Assembly: GCA_022449705.1 (NCBI GenBank)
Contig: JAKURS010000002.1
Coordinates: 1-34,357, forward strand
Length of the DNA stretch: 34,357 nt
Direction: 5' to 3'
Origin: Candidatus Poseidoniia archaeon
GTDB lineage: Archaea > Thermoplasmatota > Poseidoniia > MGIII > CG-Epi1
Each line of letters opens with the position of its first letter. Within the stretch, counting starts at the first letter, position 1. The notes under the pieces were generated by a model. The model worked only from the letters and a program-made list of their open reading frames with translations, did not search any database and was not told the DNA's origin. Below, piece after piece: positions 17,977 through 26,684 of this stretch. Position numbers and translations under genes: made by a program.

Positions 17977-19337
17977 AGCAGGTCGGTACTGGTCGAGAGG
18001 TAGAACCAGACCAGGTAGACCCCGACGGCGACCATTACCGCACCGCCGACCACGTGGATGTGGCGGGTCGAGGCGCGCAGCCGGTCGACAATCGTGCTCT
18101 CCGACGACGCAATCAGCAGCGTGAAGGCGACCATCAGCGCCGCGGCCGAGAAGGCGTAGAGGCTGAAGACCAGCAGCGCCCCCGCCAGGGTGTATTTCAG
18201 GCTGGAAAGAATCAGCGCGATGAACACCGGTGCGGTGCAGCCGGCTGAGGCGGAGCCGTAGCCGATACCGTACCAGAACTGCCCCGTTAGCCCCGCCTCC
18301 CGGCTGGCGGCGAAACTGAAGTTGCTCCCGGTCACGCGCCGAATTCCCCGCTCCGCTAGTGCCGTGGGGTGGCCGCGCGTCACCGTCCCGGCTGCTGCTC
18401 CCAGTGCGGAGGACAGCTGCCGCAGCGGCCGCAGCAGCGGCTCGAGGCTCCATTCGAGCAACATCGAAACCCCGAGGACGAAGACAGCCGCGCCAACCAA
18501 CAATTCGAGCAGCGGGACGTAGTCCGCCAGTAAATGCGAGAAGGGCACCACCAGCAGCGCTAGCAACAGCAGGACGACCAGGATGCCGGAGGCGGCAGCA
18601 AGGCCGGCCGGCAGCGCTTCACGCGCGGTGCGCTCGTTAAGTCCCTTGCTGCCGGTCTTGCGGGTGGTAAGATAGAAGGAAACGTAGCCCGGCAGCAGCG
18701 GGAACGAGCAGGGTGAGAAGAAGGAGAGCGCGCCCGCGCCGATGGCCATCAGGAAAATCGAGTTCTGCTTCACCTTTTCCAAGCTGCCCTCACCCGAGAG
18801 CGCACTCTCGACTTCCCGCTGGAGCTTATCCTGCTTCACAATCCCCAGCGCTGAGAAGGTAATCCGGCCCTGCTGGTCAATCACCACCACCTTGGGAATC
18901 TGCTGGGCGTTGTAGCCGGTGATGACCTCGTCGTCATTGTCGGTGACATGCAGCCAGTCGTAGCCATATTCGCGTTGCATATCTTCCAGCAGGTCGAGGC
19001 TGTCGCCCGCTACGCTGACCGAGATGATGACGACTTCGTCGCTGTCGCGGTATTCATCTTCGTAGAGCGGTTTGAGGGTCTCGCTGGCGACTTTCTTGCA
19101 GGGCCCGCACCACTCGGCCATCAGGTCCAGGACTATCACCTGCCCCTGGTAATCCGAAAGCAGGAAGGTCTCGCGGTTGCCCTCCACACCACCGATGTAC
19201 CCGGTCGTGGTGGCGCTGAATTCGGGTGCCTCTTCGCTCCCCCCTGTCAGCATCATGACCAGCGTGCCGGCAATCAGCAGCACCGCCACGCCGACACTGA
19301 GCAGGACGCGATTGCGCTGGAAAAACCGTGGTACCAT
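17973..19337 (-). CDS. Membrane-anchored TlpA-like thioredoxin fused to a CcdA/DsbD-type transmembrane domain
   Basis: N-terminal TM, LSDYQGQVIVLDLMAEWCGPC thioredoxin motif, IPKVVVID; then GALSFFSPCSFPLLPGY and GCTAP CcdA cysteine motifs. Confidence 0.9.
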   Translation of the reverse strand: MVPRFFQRNRVLLSVGVAVLLIAGTLVMMLTGGSEEAPEFSATTTGYIGGVEGNRETFLLSDYQGQVIVLDLMAEWCGPCKKVASETLKPLYEDEYRDSDEVVIISVSVAGDSLDLLEDMQREYGYDWLHVTDNDDEVITGYNAQQIPKVVVIDQQGRITFSALGIVKQDKLQREVESALSGEGSLEKVKQNSIFLMAIGAGALSFFSPCSFPLLPGYVSFYLTTRKTGSKGLNERTAREALPAGLAAASGILVVLLLLALLVVPFSHLLADYVPLLELLVGAAVFVLGVSMLLEWSLEPLLRPLRQLSSALGAAAGTVTRGHPTALAERGIRRVTGSNFSFAASREAGLTGQFWYGIGYGSASAGCTAPVFIALILSSLKYTLAGALLVFSLYAFSAAALMVAFTLLIASSESTIVDRLRASTRHIHVVGGAVMVAVGVYLVWFYLSTSTDLL

Positions 19338-19364
19338 TGCGTCCCGCGCTGCGGTCGCGGCTAA

Positions 19365-19487
19365 TTAAGTTTCGGTCCAGAGCCGCGCCAGTCGCGTGAT
19401 TTCCTGCAGTGCGGTTTCACGGTCGCCCGCTGTGGCAACGATTTCCGCAGTAGTGGACTCTAGCAATGCCAGCAGTGTTCGTTCCAC
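19365..19487 (-). CDS. Possible 40-aa small protein or gene remnant
   Basis: GTG start, MERTLLALLESTTAEIVATAGDRETALQEITRLARLWTET*. Fills the gap between two co-oriented genes and looks helical; no family recognised. Confidence 0.35.
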   Translation of the reverse strand: MERTLLALLESTTAEIVATAGDRETALQEITRLARLWTET

Positions 19488-19509
19488 GTTAATGCAATCC
19501 TAGGACGGC

Positions 19510-21411
19510 TCAAGCCACCTGCGCCAGCAGCTCCCTGACGCGCGCCTCGACATCGGCTGGCGCGAGCCCCTGATGCGGAATCTGTTCCGTCTGCCCGCAA
19601 TTGCCCGGCCGGGTGGTACCCATATGCGCGTAGAGCGGTGCCAGCCCGCGCTGCAGCAGCCAGGTACCGTAGCGGATGCCAAGGCCGGTGCGCTGGTTGA
19701 GACTCTCGACGACCAGTATAAAAGGTGACGCCCCCAGTCGCGCGAGCATTTGTTCGTCAACGACGTTGAGCGTGGGTTTGTTCACCAGCCCCACCGCCAC
19801 GCCTTCGGCGTGTAGCGTCTCCACCACGTGCAGGCTGCGATACAGCATGTCGCCGAAACTCACAATCCAGCCCGCGTCGCCCTCACGCACCACCTCGTCG
19901 CGTCCGGGCTCGAAGCGGTAGTCGCCGGCATGCATAGGCTCGCCTCCCGAGCTAAGGATTTCCGGCAGCTTCGAGCGGTTGGAGAACACAAACCGCAGCC
20001 CTCGCTCGGGGAAGACGCGCCGCACCACGGCGTCCATCTGGTGCACATCAGCCGGGAAGAAGAGCCCGGTCGGTGTGCCTGCCTCGACGTAGTTGTCGGC
20101 GAAGAAGTTGTTGAGCCCGAAGTGGCAGGTGTTGTCCGACATGGTGTCAACCCCGGCGTGCGAGAAGTGGCAGAGCAGATCGACCTCGTTGAGCCGCGAC
20201 ATCGTAATCTCGGAAATCACCATTTCGAGGAAGGCGGAGAAAGTCGCGAAGACCCCCTGGCAACCGGGCTGCGAGCCGAAGCCGGCGGCGGCGAGGAAGT
20301 TGCCGCGTTCCTGCACCCCACCGCTGGTGAAGCACTCCGGGAACTGCTCGCGGATTACCGTGAAGCCAACCGAGCCTTCCAGGTCCGAGTCGAAGGCGCG
20401 GACACACTGCCGCTCCACGTGTGACAGCCCTTCCAGGATAGCGGCGAGCGAGAGCCCGAACTGCTTGCGGCACGCGCCGGACGCGCCGCTGCCTAGCAGC
20501 TCCGCCGGGGGTGCAATTGCCTCAGCTTCGATTTCATCCAGTATGGCCAGCGCGCGGTCGTGGCCGCGCGCGGAGAGGTATTCGCGCGCCGCAGCGAGCG
20601 TAATTACGTCATGCAGCTGCGGCGTCCCCTCCAGCTGCGGAATGCCTGGTCCCATGCTGCGGCGGCAGAGCACCGCCGCCGGGCCGTCCTGCTGTAGCGC
20701 GCTGACGATGGCGGCCAGCAATGCGCGTGAATCCTCGCCGTCGGCCGTGAAGACAGCGAAGCCGTATCCGCCGAGGGTGCGCTCTAGGTCGAACCCCGAC
20801 AGGTAGCGATCGGGGTGGCCGGCAATCGTGACGTTGTTGTCATCGATAATCCACTTGACGTTGAGGCCGTTGGCAACTGCCAACCGCGCCGCTTCGCCGT
20901 TATTGCCCTCCATCTGCGAACCATCTGAGCCGAACATCACCACCGCACTTTCCGGATGGGCGAGCGCAACACCGTTGACGTGCCCTGCGGCGTGGCCGAG
21001 CCGTCCGCTAGAGAAGTCGATGCACTCCAGCAGCTCCTTTTCCGGGTGGCCGGCCAATCCGGAGCCATATTCACGGTAGTGCAGCAGTTGCTCCAGCGGC
21101 AGCTGGCCCCGGAGCGCACCGCGCGCATACTGCAGCGCGGCGCGGTGGCCCGCCTCGTCGAAAAACTCGGTATGGATTGTGGCGCCGCCATCGCGCAGTG
21201 CGTCGACAATCAGTACTTCCGGGACGATGTCGTACGGTCCACCTGTGTGGCCGCCAAGGCCGCGTGCACGCGCAATCGCAGTGAGGGTGATAATCGTGTC
21301 GCGCAGGAGGGCGATATTGCCCTCCAGTTGCGCCAGCTGCAGCTCGTCAATATCAGGTTCCAGAGGAAGTTCCAGCCGCGCGAAGTCGCTGATGTCAAGG
21401 GGAAAATCCAT
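19510..21411 (-). CDS. tkt: Transketolase, single-chain, divergent family
   Basis: GGHTGG, DEAGH, LAGHPE, FSSGRLGH, ThDP motif variant GSDGSQMEG...DDNN, DSDLEGS, GVQERGN, ATFSAF, HFSHAG, C-terminal VNKPTL. Confidence 0.88.
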   Translation of the reverse strand: MDFPLDISDFARLELPLEPDIDELQLAQLEGNIALLRDTIITLTAIARARGLGGHTGGPYDIVPEVLIVDALRDGGATIHTEFFDEAGHRAALQYARGALRGQLPLEQLLHYREYGSGLAGHPEKELLECIDFSSGRLGHAAGHVNGVALAHPESAVVMFGSDGSQMEGNNGEAARLAVANGLNVKWIIDDNNVTIAGHPDRYLSGFDLERTLGGYGFAVFTADGEDSRALLAAIVSALQQDGPAAVLCRRSMGPGIPQLEGTPQLHDVITLAAAREYLSARGHDRALAILDEIEAEAIAPPAELLGSGASGACRKQFGLSLAAILEGLSHVERQCVRAFDSDLEGSVGFTVIREQFPECFTSGGVQERGNFLAAAGFGSQPGCQGVFATFSAFLEMVISEITMSRLNEVDLLCHFSHAGVDTMSDNTCHFGLNNFFADNYVEAGTPTGLFFPADVHQMDAVVRRVFPERGLRFVFSNRSKLPEILSSGGEPMHAGDYRFEPGRDEVVREGDAGWIVSFGDMLYRSLHVVETLHAEGVAVGLVNKPTLNVVDEQMLARLGASPFILVVESLNQRTGLGIRYGTWLLQRGLAPLYAHMGTTRPGNCGQTEQIPHQGLAPADVEARVRELLAQVA

Positions 21412-21451
21412 GCCCGCTGGCGCAGGCTGGGGCGCGGCTTAAACGTAACCC

Positions 21452-21742
21452 TCAGCAGCTCGCGCGCAGCCCCAGTATTTCGGAGCTGCCCCCGTCTAGG
21501 ATGGTCACGGCTGAAATTCCGAACGGCTTGCCGCACGCCACGCCCAGGTCGGAATTAGTGCCGTCGAAATGGTACGTCGGCACCTCGCCCCGCTCAATTT
21601 CCTCGACAACTGCTGCGGGGCAGTTGCGCGCCAGCAGAACCAGCTTTGCCTTGCCCGTAGCGACTGCTTCACGGCACTGGCTGGTGCCGAGCCGCACGTT
21701 GCCGGTGCCGATGGCGCTGCGCAGCTCACGGTTCAGGTCCAT
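21452..21742 (-). CDS. rpl30e: 50S ribosomal protein L30e
   Basis: TGNVRLG, KAKLVLLARNCP, FDGTNSDLGVACGKPFGISAVTILDGGSSEIL; follows rpoA''. Start is ATG 21742 or GTG 21745. Confidence 0.95.
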   Translation of the reverse strand: MDLNRELRSAIGTGNVRLGTSQCREAVATGKAKLVLLARNCPAAVVEEIERGEVPTYHFDGTNSDLGVACGKPFGISAVTILDGGSSEILGLRASC

Positions 21743-24015
21743 CACGCCTCACTGGAAGGATTGTAGATGACGCTCACGGCACCGGTACCGAGGTGCACTG
21801 GCTGGCCGACGATGATATTCTCAGCGACACCGGTCAGCACATCCGACTCGCCGGTCAACCCGGCCAGCAGCAGGTGGGTGGAGGTAATCTCGAACGCCGC
21901 CCGCGCCAGCACCGATGTCTTCGCCCCCGAAATACCGTGGCGGCCGATGGCGCGGATGTTGCCGTTATTGGTCATCACGTCAGCGACCAGCAGGTTGTGG
22001 CGCATATCGACTACGAGCCCCTGCTCTTTCAGCGTCTCGTCCAGCTCGTAGGCAATTGCGGTCCGGGTCGCCTCGATGCCGAGCACCGCGCGGATTTCAT
22101 GCAGCGAGTTGGTGGTGGTACGGCACAGGTCGACCCGCTCCATTTTCAGCACTTCCTTCAGGTTGGACCCCTCGGTGAAGATAACGTACTCGTCCTTCTC
22201 CTTGCGCACGATGGCGCGGACGATGGAAGTGATACCGTCCACTTTCGCCCGCCGCACCTTTTCCTCCAGGACGTAGAGCTTCTTGAACGACGGCTCAGCT
22301 TCCGACAGCACGATTGAGTCGCCCTCGATAGCGACCTCGCACCGCAGGCGAGCTGACTTGCGGATGCGCGCCGCGAATTCGGTGGCCGTGATACCGCGCT
22401 TCTTCAGCTCGGTCATGTCGGGTTCAACCAGCAGCCGCAGGTTGGTCATGTCAGTGCGGATGTTAGCGAGGCTACCTGCCGAGCGCGACTCGATGCGCGA
22501 CGCTAGCTCGAGCACCACTTCACGGTCAGTCGCATGCTGTGGCTCGAGGAAAACTTCCATAATCGGAGTTTTCGGCTCGCGTCTCGCGTCGACAATCTCG
22601 ATTAGCCGCGGCAGTCCCAGCGTGACGTTCATCTCCGCCACGCCAGCGTAGTGGAAGGTGCGCATGGTCATTTGCGTCCCCGGCTCGCCGATGGACTGCG
22701 CGGCAATGATGCCGACCGCCTCGGTAGCGTCAACCTGCGCCAAGGTGTACTGCTCGGCTGCCAGCTGTGCGATTTTGCTGAATTGCTTTGCCGAGAGCTT
22801 GCGGCCGGCGCTCTGCTCAGCCAGCTGGCGCACGATACCATTTGGCAGCGTGGCACCCTGCTTGTCCAGGGCTTTCTGCAGCTTAGTTTCAGTCGCGACC
22901 AGTTCTTCGTAGCGGGTGACCAGCTCGCCGATTGCCTTTTGCTTGAGTCGGTTGCGCTCAGTTTGCATCACAATTTCCCTGCGGTAGTGCTCCGGCAGCC
23001 CGGCTGTCAGCTTTAGCGCCCGGACGCGGAAGGGGTTGAGCTGCCGTTTCGCTTCTATCTCGTCGGGCAGCGTCTCGACCAGCTTGCGTTTATCGACGGG
23101 AGCGGGCTGCGCCAGCTCCCGTACGGCAGCCGCCTCAGCCGCTCTGCGGAACTCTTCCAGGCGGGTCTGTGGAACTTCGGCCACTTTTAACTCTGTGTCG
23201 GTGGCGGCGGCAGCCTGGCTCGCGAGGTGCAGGCCGGCACCGAACAGCCCCGCGGCCGTCTTCTCGGAGAAGCCGAGCTCGGTGTAGAGGTTGCGCGATG
23301 CGATACGCTCCTGCTCGAACCGCAGTCGGTCGCGCTCCAGGTCGAAAGTGTCCTCGATCTGGGTGTAGTTGCGCGCCGACCGTACCGGCTTGCCGTCCAT
23401 CTTCTGGAATTCTTCCAGTCGCAGCGTACGCGGCAGCTCGACCAGCCGTGCGACGCGTAGGAAAGTGACGTATGGTTCCTGCGCGTGCTGCGGCAGCAGC
23501 GCCTCCTGCTCCTCGGGAATGTAGGGGCGGTCGAATGAGACCACCTCGGAGATAACCGACAGGAAGCGGATGCCATGCGACTCCTTCAGATAGATATAGC
23601 CGCTGAAGGGCGGCCGGAATTGCTTGGCGTTGACCGGGAACGCAACTCCCACCAGTGCCTCACCGTGCCGGTCCATCTGCTCGCGGATTTCATCAATAGT
23701 ATACCCTTCCGGCAGCGACCAGATTACCCCCAATTTCTTCTCGACCCTCCGCAGCGCGGCCTCGGCCGAAACCGTCCCCTCGCCGGCAGCTTCTTCCTCC
23801 TGCGCGCCAGCGATGATTGCCTCGCGGTCGATTTGGCGGTTGCCCACCGACTCGACCAGCTCCAGGATTTCGCGGAAGCGGAACTGCTTGCGCAGCTTTT
23901 CCAAACTCGCTTTCTTGAGTGAACTGAGCTGGTATCCGGCGTCGACCGCTTTCTCGGCCAGCGCCAGTGACATCCCGCGTCGCTCGAGCGCCCGGATGGT
24001 ATCGAAACGGGCCAT
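21742..24015 (-). CDS. rpoA2: DNA-directed RNA polymerase subunit A'' with long N-terminal extension
   Basis: [28 protein letters not shown] (trigger loop), [35 protein letters not shown]. The conserved core begins only at about aa 375-390 of 757. Confidence 0.97.
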   Translation of the reverse strand: MARFDTIRALERRGMSLALAEKAVDAGYQLSSLKKASLEKLRKQFRFREILELVESVGNRQIDREAIIAGAQEEEAAGEGTVSAEAALRRVEKKLGVIWSLPEGYTIDEIREQMDRHGEALVGVAFPVNAKQFRPPFSGYIYLKESHGIRFLSVISEVVSFDRPYIPEEQEALLPQHAQEPYVTFLRVARLVELPRTLRLEEFQKMDGKPVRSARNYTQIEDTFDLERDRLRFEQERIASRNLYTELGFSEKTAAGLFGAGLHLASQAAAATDTELKVAEVPQTRLEEFRRAAEAAAVRELAQPAPVDKRKLVETLPDEIEAKRQLNPFRVRALKLTAGLPEHYRREIVMQTERNRLKQKAIGELVTRYEELVATETKLQKALDKQGATLPNGIVRQLAEQSAGRKLSAKQFSKIAQLAAEQYTLAQVDATEAVGIIAAQSIGEPGTQMTMRTFHYAGVAEMNVTLGLPRLIEIVDARREPKTPIMEVFLEPQHATDREVVLELASRIESRSAGSLANIRTDMTNLRLLVEPDMTELKKRGITATEFAARIRKSARLRCEVAIEGDSIVLSEAEPSFKKLYVLEEKVRRAKVDGITSIVRAIVRKEKDEYVIFTEGSNLKEVLKMERVDLCRTTTNSLHEIRAVLGIEATRTAIAYELDETLKEQGLVVDMRHNLLVADVMTNNGNIRAIGRHGISGAKTSVLARAAFEITSTHLLLAGLTGESDVLTGVAENIIVGQPVHLGTGAVSVIYNPSSEA

Positions 24016-26684
24016 CAGGCGTCGCCTCCCGCGACCGCGCTGACAATGCTCTCAACGTCAACCCCTTCCCCACCCTTGCTGCGCGTCGGGTCGATACCGT
24101 CTTCGCCGTAGCGGAACTGCACTACCGTGTTGGCGGTGTTCCGCACGGTGCCGTCGTACTTGACGCGCAAATCTTCGAGCGCATTTACCAGTCGCCGCTG
24201 CATGTAGCCCGAGCGACTGGTGCGCACGGCGGTGTCGACCAGTCCTTCGCGGCCCCCCATGGAGTGGAAGAAGTACTCAGTTGGGTTCAAGCCCTGCTTG
24301 TAACTGGAGCGGACGAACCCCCTCGCCTCGGCGCCCAGGTCGCCCTTGTTGAAATGCGAGAGCGTGCGTCCGTTGTAGCCGCGCGAGACACGCTCACCGC
24401 GTATTGCCTGCTGGCCAATACTGCCTGCCATTTGCGACAGGTTTAGCATACTGCCACGAGCGCCAGAGCGTGCCATAATGACCGCGAAATTGTCCATGCC
24501 AAGGTGCCAGCCGGCGATTTCGCCGGCGCGGTCGCGCGCCTCGCCCAGTTTCTTCATCACCTCGACCTCCAGCGTCTCCTCCAGGCTGCGGCCGGGCCGC
24601 CGCTCGAGCTGGCCCTTGTTGTAGGAAGCGGCCAGTTTGTCGACGCTAGTCATCGCCTGTTCCATCGCGTCGCTGATTTGCAACGCCGCCTCGGGGGGGA
24701 TATCCTCGTCGTCAATCCCGGTTGTGCAGCCGGTCTCCATCAGTGCACCCACGGCGAGGCGGGTGACACGGTCAATGAACTTGCGCGCCACGCTGGGCCC
24801 TTTGAGGCGCGAAATCTCTTCCAGGATGATGCCTTTGAAAGCGGCGATGGAACGGCCGTCCACCGGCCCGCGCAGCATCTCGCCATTCCTGATTTCGACA
24901 ATCGTGTCCAGCTCGGCATTCTCTTTCTCGCTGCGATCGGCAAAATAGACCGAGGCGTTGAACTTCAGGTTCATGTCCTTCGGTAGCAGCACCGAGAAAA
25001 TCTGCCGTCCTGACCAGTGGGGACCGCCCTTCGCCTGCGGGTAAATCGGCTCCGGCAGCGGGCCATGGAAGTCTATGCGCGACAGGATGCGCACCGTCTG
25101 GTCCCGGTCGTAGCTGGCGTCGCCGTGGGTCAGCAGGAACATGCCGGTAATGTGGTCGTGGATGGCCCCGATGACGGCACCGCCGAAGCGTGGCGAGCGG
25201 ATGTGCTCCTGCACCCGCATCAGGATACGCGCTTCGGCTCGCGCCTCTTCGGACTGGACAACGTGCAGGTTCATCTCGTCACCGTCGAAGTCGGCGTTAT
25301 AGGGGGGGCAGACGCAGAGATTGATGCGGAAAGTCTTCCCCTTCATAATGCGCACCTCGTGCGCCATCATCGACATGCGGTGCAGCGACGGCTGTCGGTT
25401 GAACAGCACGATGTCGCCATCCATCAGGTGGCGCTCGACAATGTAGCCCGGCTCCAGCCGTTCCAGGTTGAACTCCCAGTTCTCGTCGCTGAGCTTGACG
25501 CGTCGCCCGTCGGGGCGCACCATGTAGTTAATACCGGGGATGTAGCGCTCCGGGTCACTCGGATCGAAGTTCTCTTTCAGCAGGCTTTTCATGAACTGCA
25601 GGTTGTGGATGTTTATCCGCACTGGGATGGTGAGCTCACGTGCCGCCATCTCGGGAACACCGACCTGGTTGATACTCAGATAAGGGTCGGGCGTAATCAC
25701 GGTGCGCGCCGAGAAGTTGACGCGCTTGCCGCTCAGGTTGGAACGGAAGCGCCCTTCCTTGCCCTTCAGCCGCTGGATGATGGTTTTCAGCGGCCGCCCA
25801 CTGCGGTGGCGCGCGGTAGGGATGCCAGCGGTCTGGTTGTCAAAGTAGGTGGTGACGTGGTATTGCAGCAGCTCCCACAGATCGTCTATAATCAGCTGTG
25901 GGGCGCCGGCGTCGCGGTTCTCGCGCAGCCGCTGGTTGATGCGCAGCACGTCGACTAGCTTGTGGGTCAGGTCATCCTCCGATCGCTCGCCGCTCTCGAG
26001 CGTGATGGTGGGGCGCACCGAGACCGGTGGCACCGGCAGCACAGTGAGTACCATGTACTCGGGGCGCGTGGTTTCAGGGTTGAAGCCGAGCGGCCACAGG
26101 TCACCGTCTGGAATATTCTCCAGCCGGCCACGCACGTCTCGCGGGGTGAGCTTGTTGCCCCCCTCGCGGAAAGTGGTAGGCTTGTCGAGCGTCAGTTTGA
26201 TCTGCCTCTCGTTACAGTGGGGGCAGCTCTTCTGCTTGACTGTCTCGCGGATTGCGCGCCGGATAAATTCCTGCATCGTGACCGTGGTCCCCGCCTCCGA
26301 CTCCTGGATGGCGCGTATCTGGGAAGTGTAGAGGTCGATACGCTCCTGCGGCAGTAGCATCCGCCCGCATGCCGCGCAGGTAGAGGCGAGCACATCCTTG
26401 ACGTTCTTGTTGTATCCGGAGTGGATGACCGGCAGTGCGAAATCTATATGACCGAAGTGGCCGGGACACTCATCCAGCTTCTGGCTGCAGGTCTTGCAGC
26501 GCAGCCCGGGCTCGATGACACCCAGGTGCATGTCCATCAGCCCCAGTGGAATCGGGAATCCGTCGTTGTCGTAGGTGTCGGCGGTGATAATCTTGGTCCC
26601 GCTAGAGAGCTTGCGGATGTCGCCCGGCGACATCAGTCCGAAGTCAATACTGCGAATGCGCTTGGGAATAATGTGCCGGATCAC
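24015..26684 (-). CDS. rpoA1: DNA-directed RNA polymerase subunit A'
   Basis: CKTC...[32 protein letters not shown], catalytic [34 protein letters not shown]. Confidence 0.99.
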   Translation of the reverse strand: MIRHIIPKRIRSIDFGLMSPGDIRKLSSGTKIITADTYDNDGFPIPLGLMDMHLGVIEPGLRCKTCSQKLDECPGHFGHIDFALPVIHSGYNKNVKDVLASTCAACGRMLLPQERIDLYTSQIRAIQESEAGTTVTMQEFIRRAIRETVKQKSCPHCNERQIKLTLDKPTTFREGGNKLTPRDVRGRLENIPDGDLWPLGFNPETTRPEYMVLTVLPVPPVSVRPTITLESGERSEDDLTHKLVDVLRINQRLRENRDAGAPQLIIDDLWELLQYHVTTYFDNQTAGIPTARHRSGRPLKTIIQRLKGKEGRFRSNLSGKRVNFSARTVITPDPYLSINQVGVPEMAARELTIPVRINIHNLQFMKSLLKENFDPSDPERYIPGINYMVRPDGRRVKLSDENWEFNLERLEPGYIVERHLMDGDIVLFNRQPSLHRMSMMAHEVRIMKGKTFRINLCVCPPYNADFDGDEMNLHVVQSEEARAEARILMRVQEHIRSPRFGGAVIGAIHDHITGMFLLTHGDASYDRDQTVRILSRIDFHGPLPEPIYPQAKGGPHWSGRQIFSVLLPKDMNLKFNASVYFADRSEKENAELDTIVEIRNGEMLRGPVDGRSIAAFKGIILEEISRLKGPSVARKFIDRVTRLAVGALMETGCTTGIDDEDIPPEAALQISDAMEQAMTSVDKLAASYNKGQLERRPGRSLEETLEVEVMKKLGEARDRAGEIAGWHLGMDNFAVIMARSGARGSMLNLSQMAGSIGQQAIRGERVSRGYNGRTLSHFNKGDLGAEARGFVRSSYKQGLNPTEYFFHSMGGREGLVDTAVRTSRSGYMQRRLVNALEDLRVKYDGTVRNTANTVVQFRYGEDGIDPTRSKGGEGVDVESIVSAVAGGDA

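Noticed and set aside
22891..24015. Intein or mobile insertion explaining the long RpoA''
   Set aside because: The extra sequence is N-terminal rather than inside a conserved motif, and has no splice-junction (His-Asn before Cys/Ser/Thr) or LAGLIDADG motifs.
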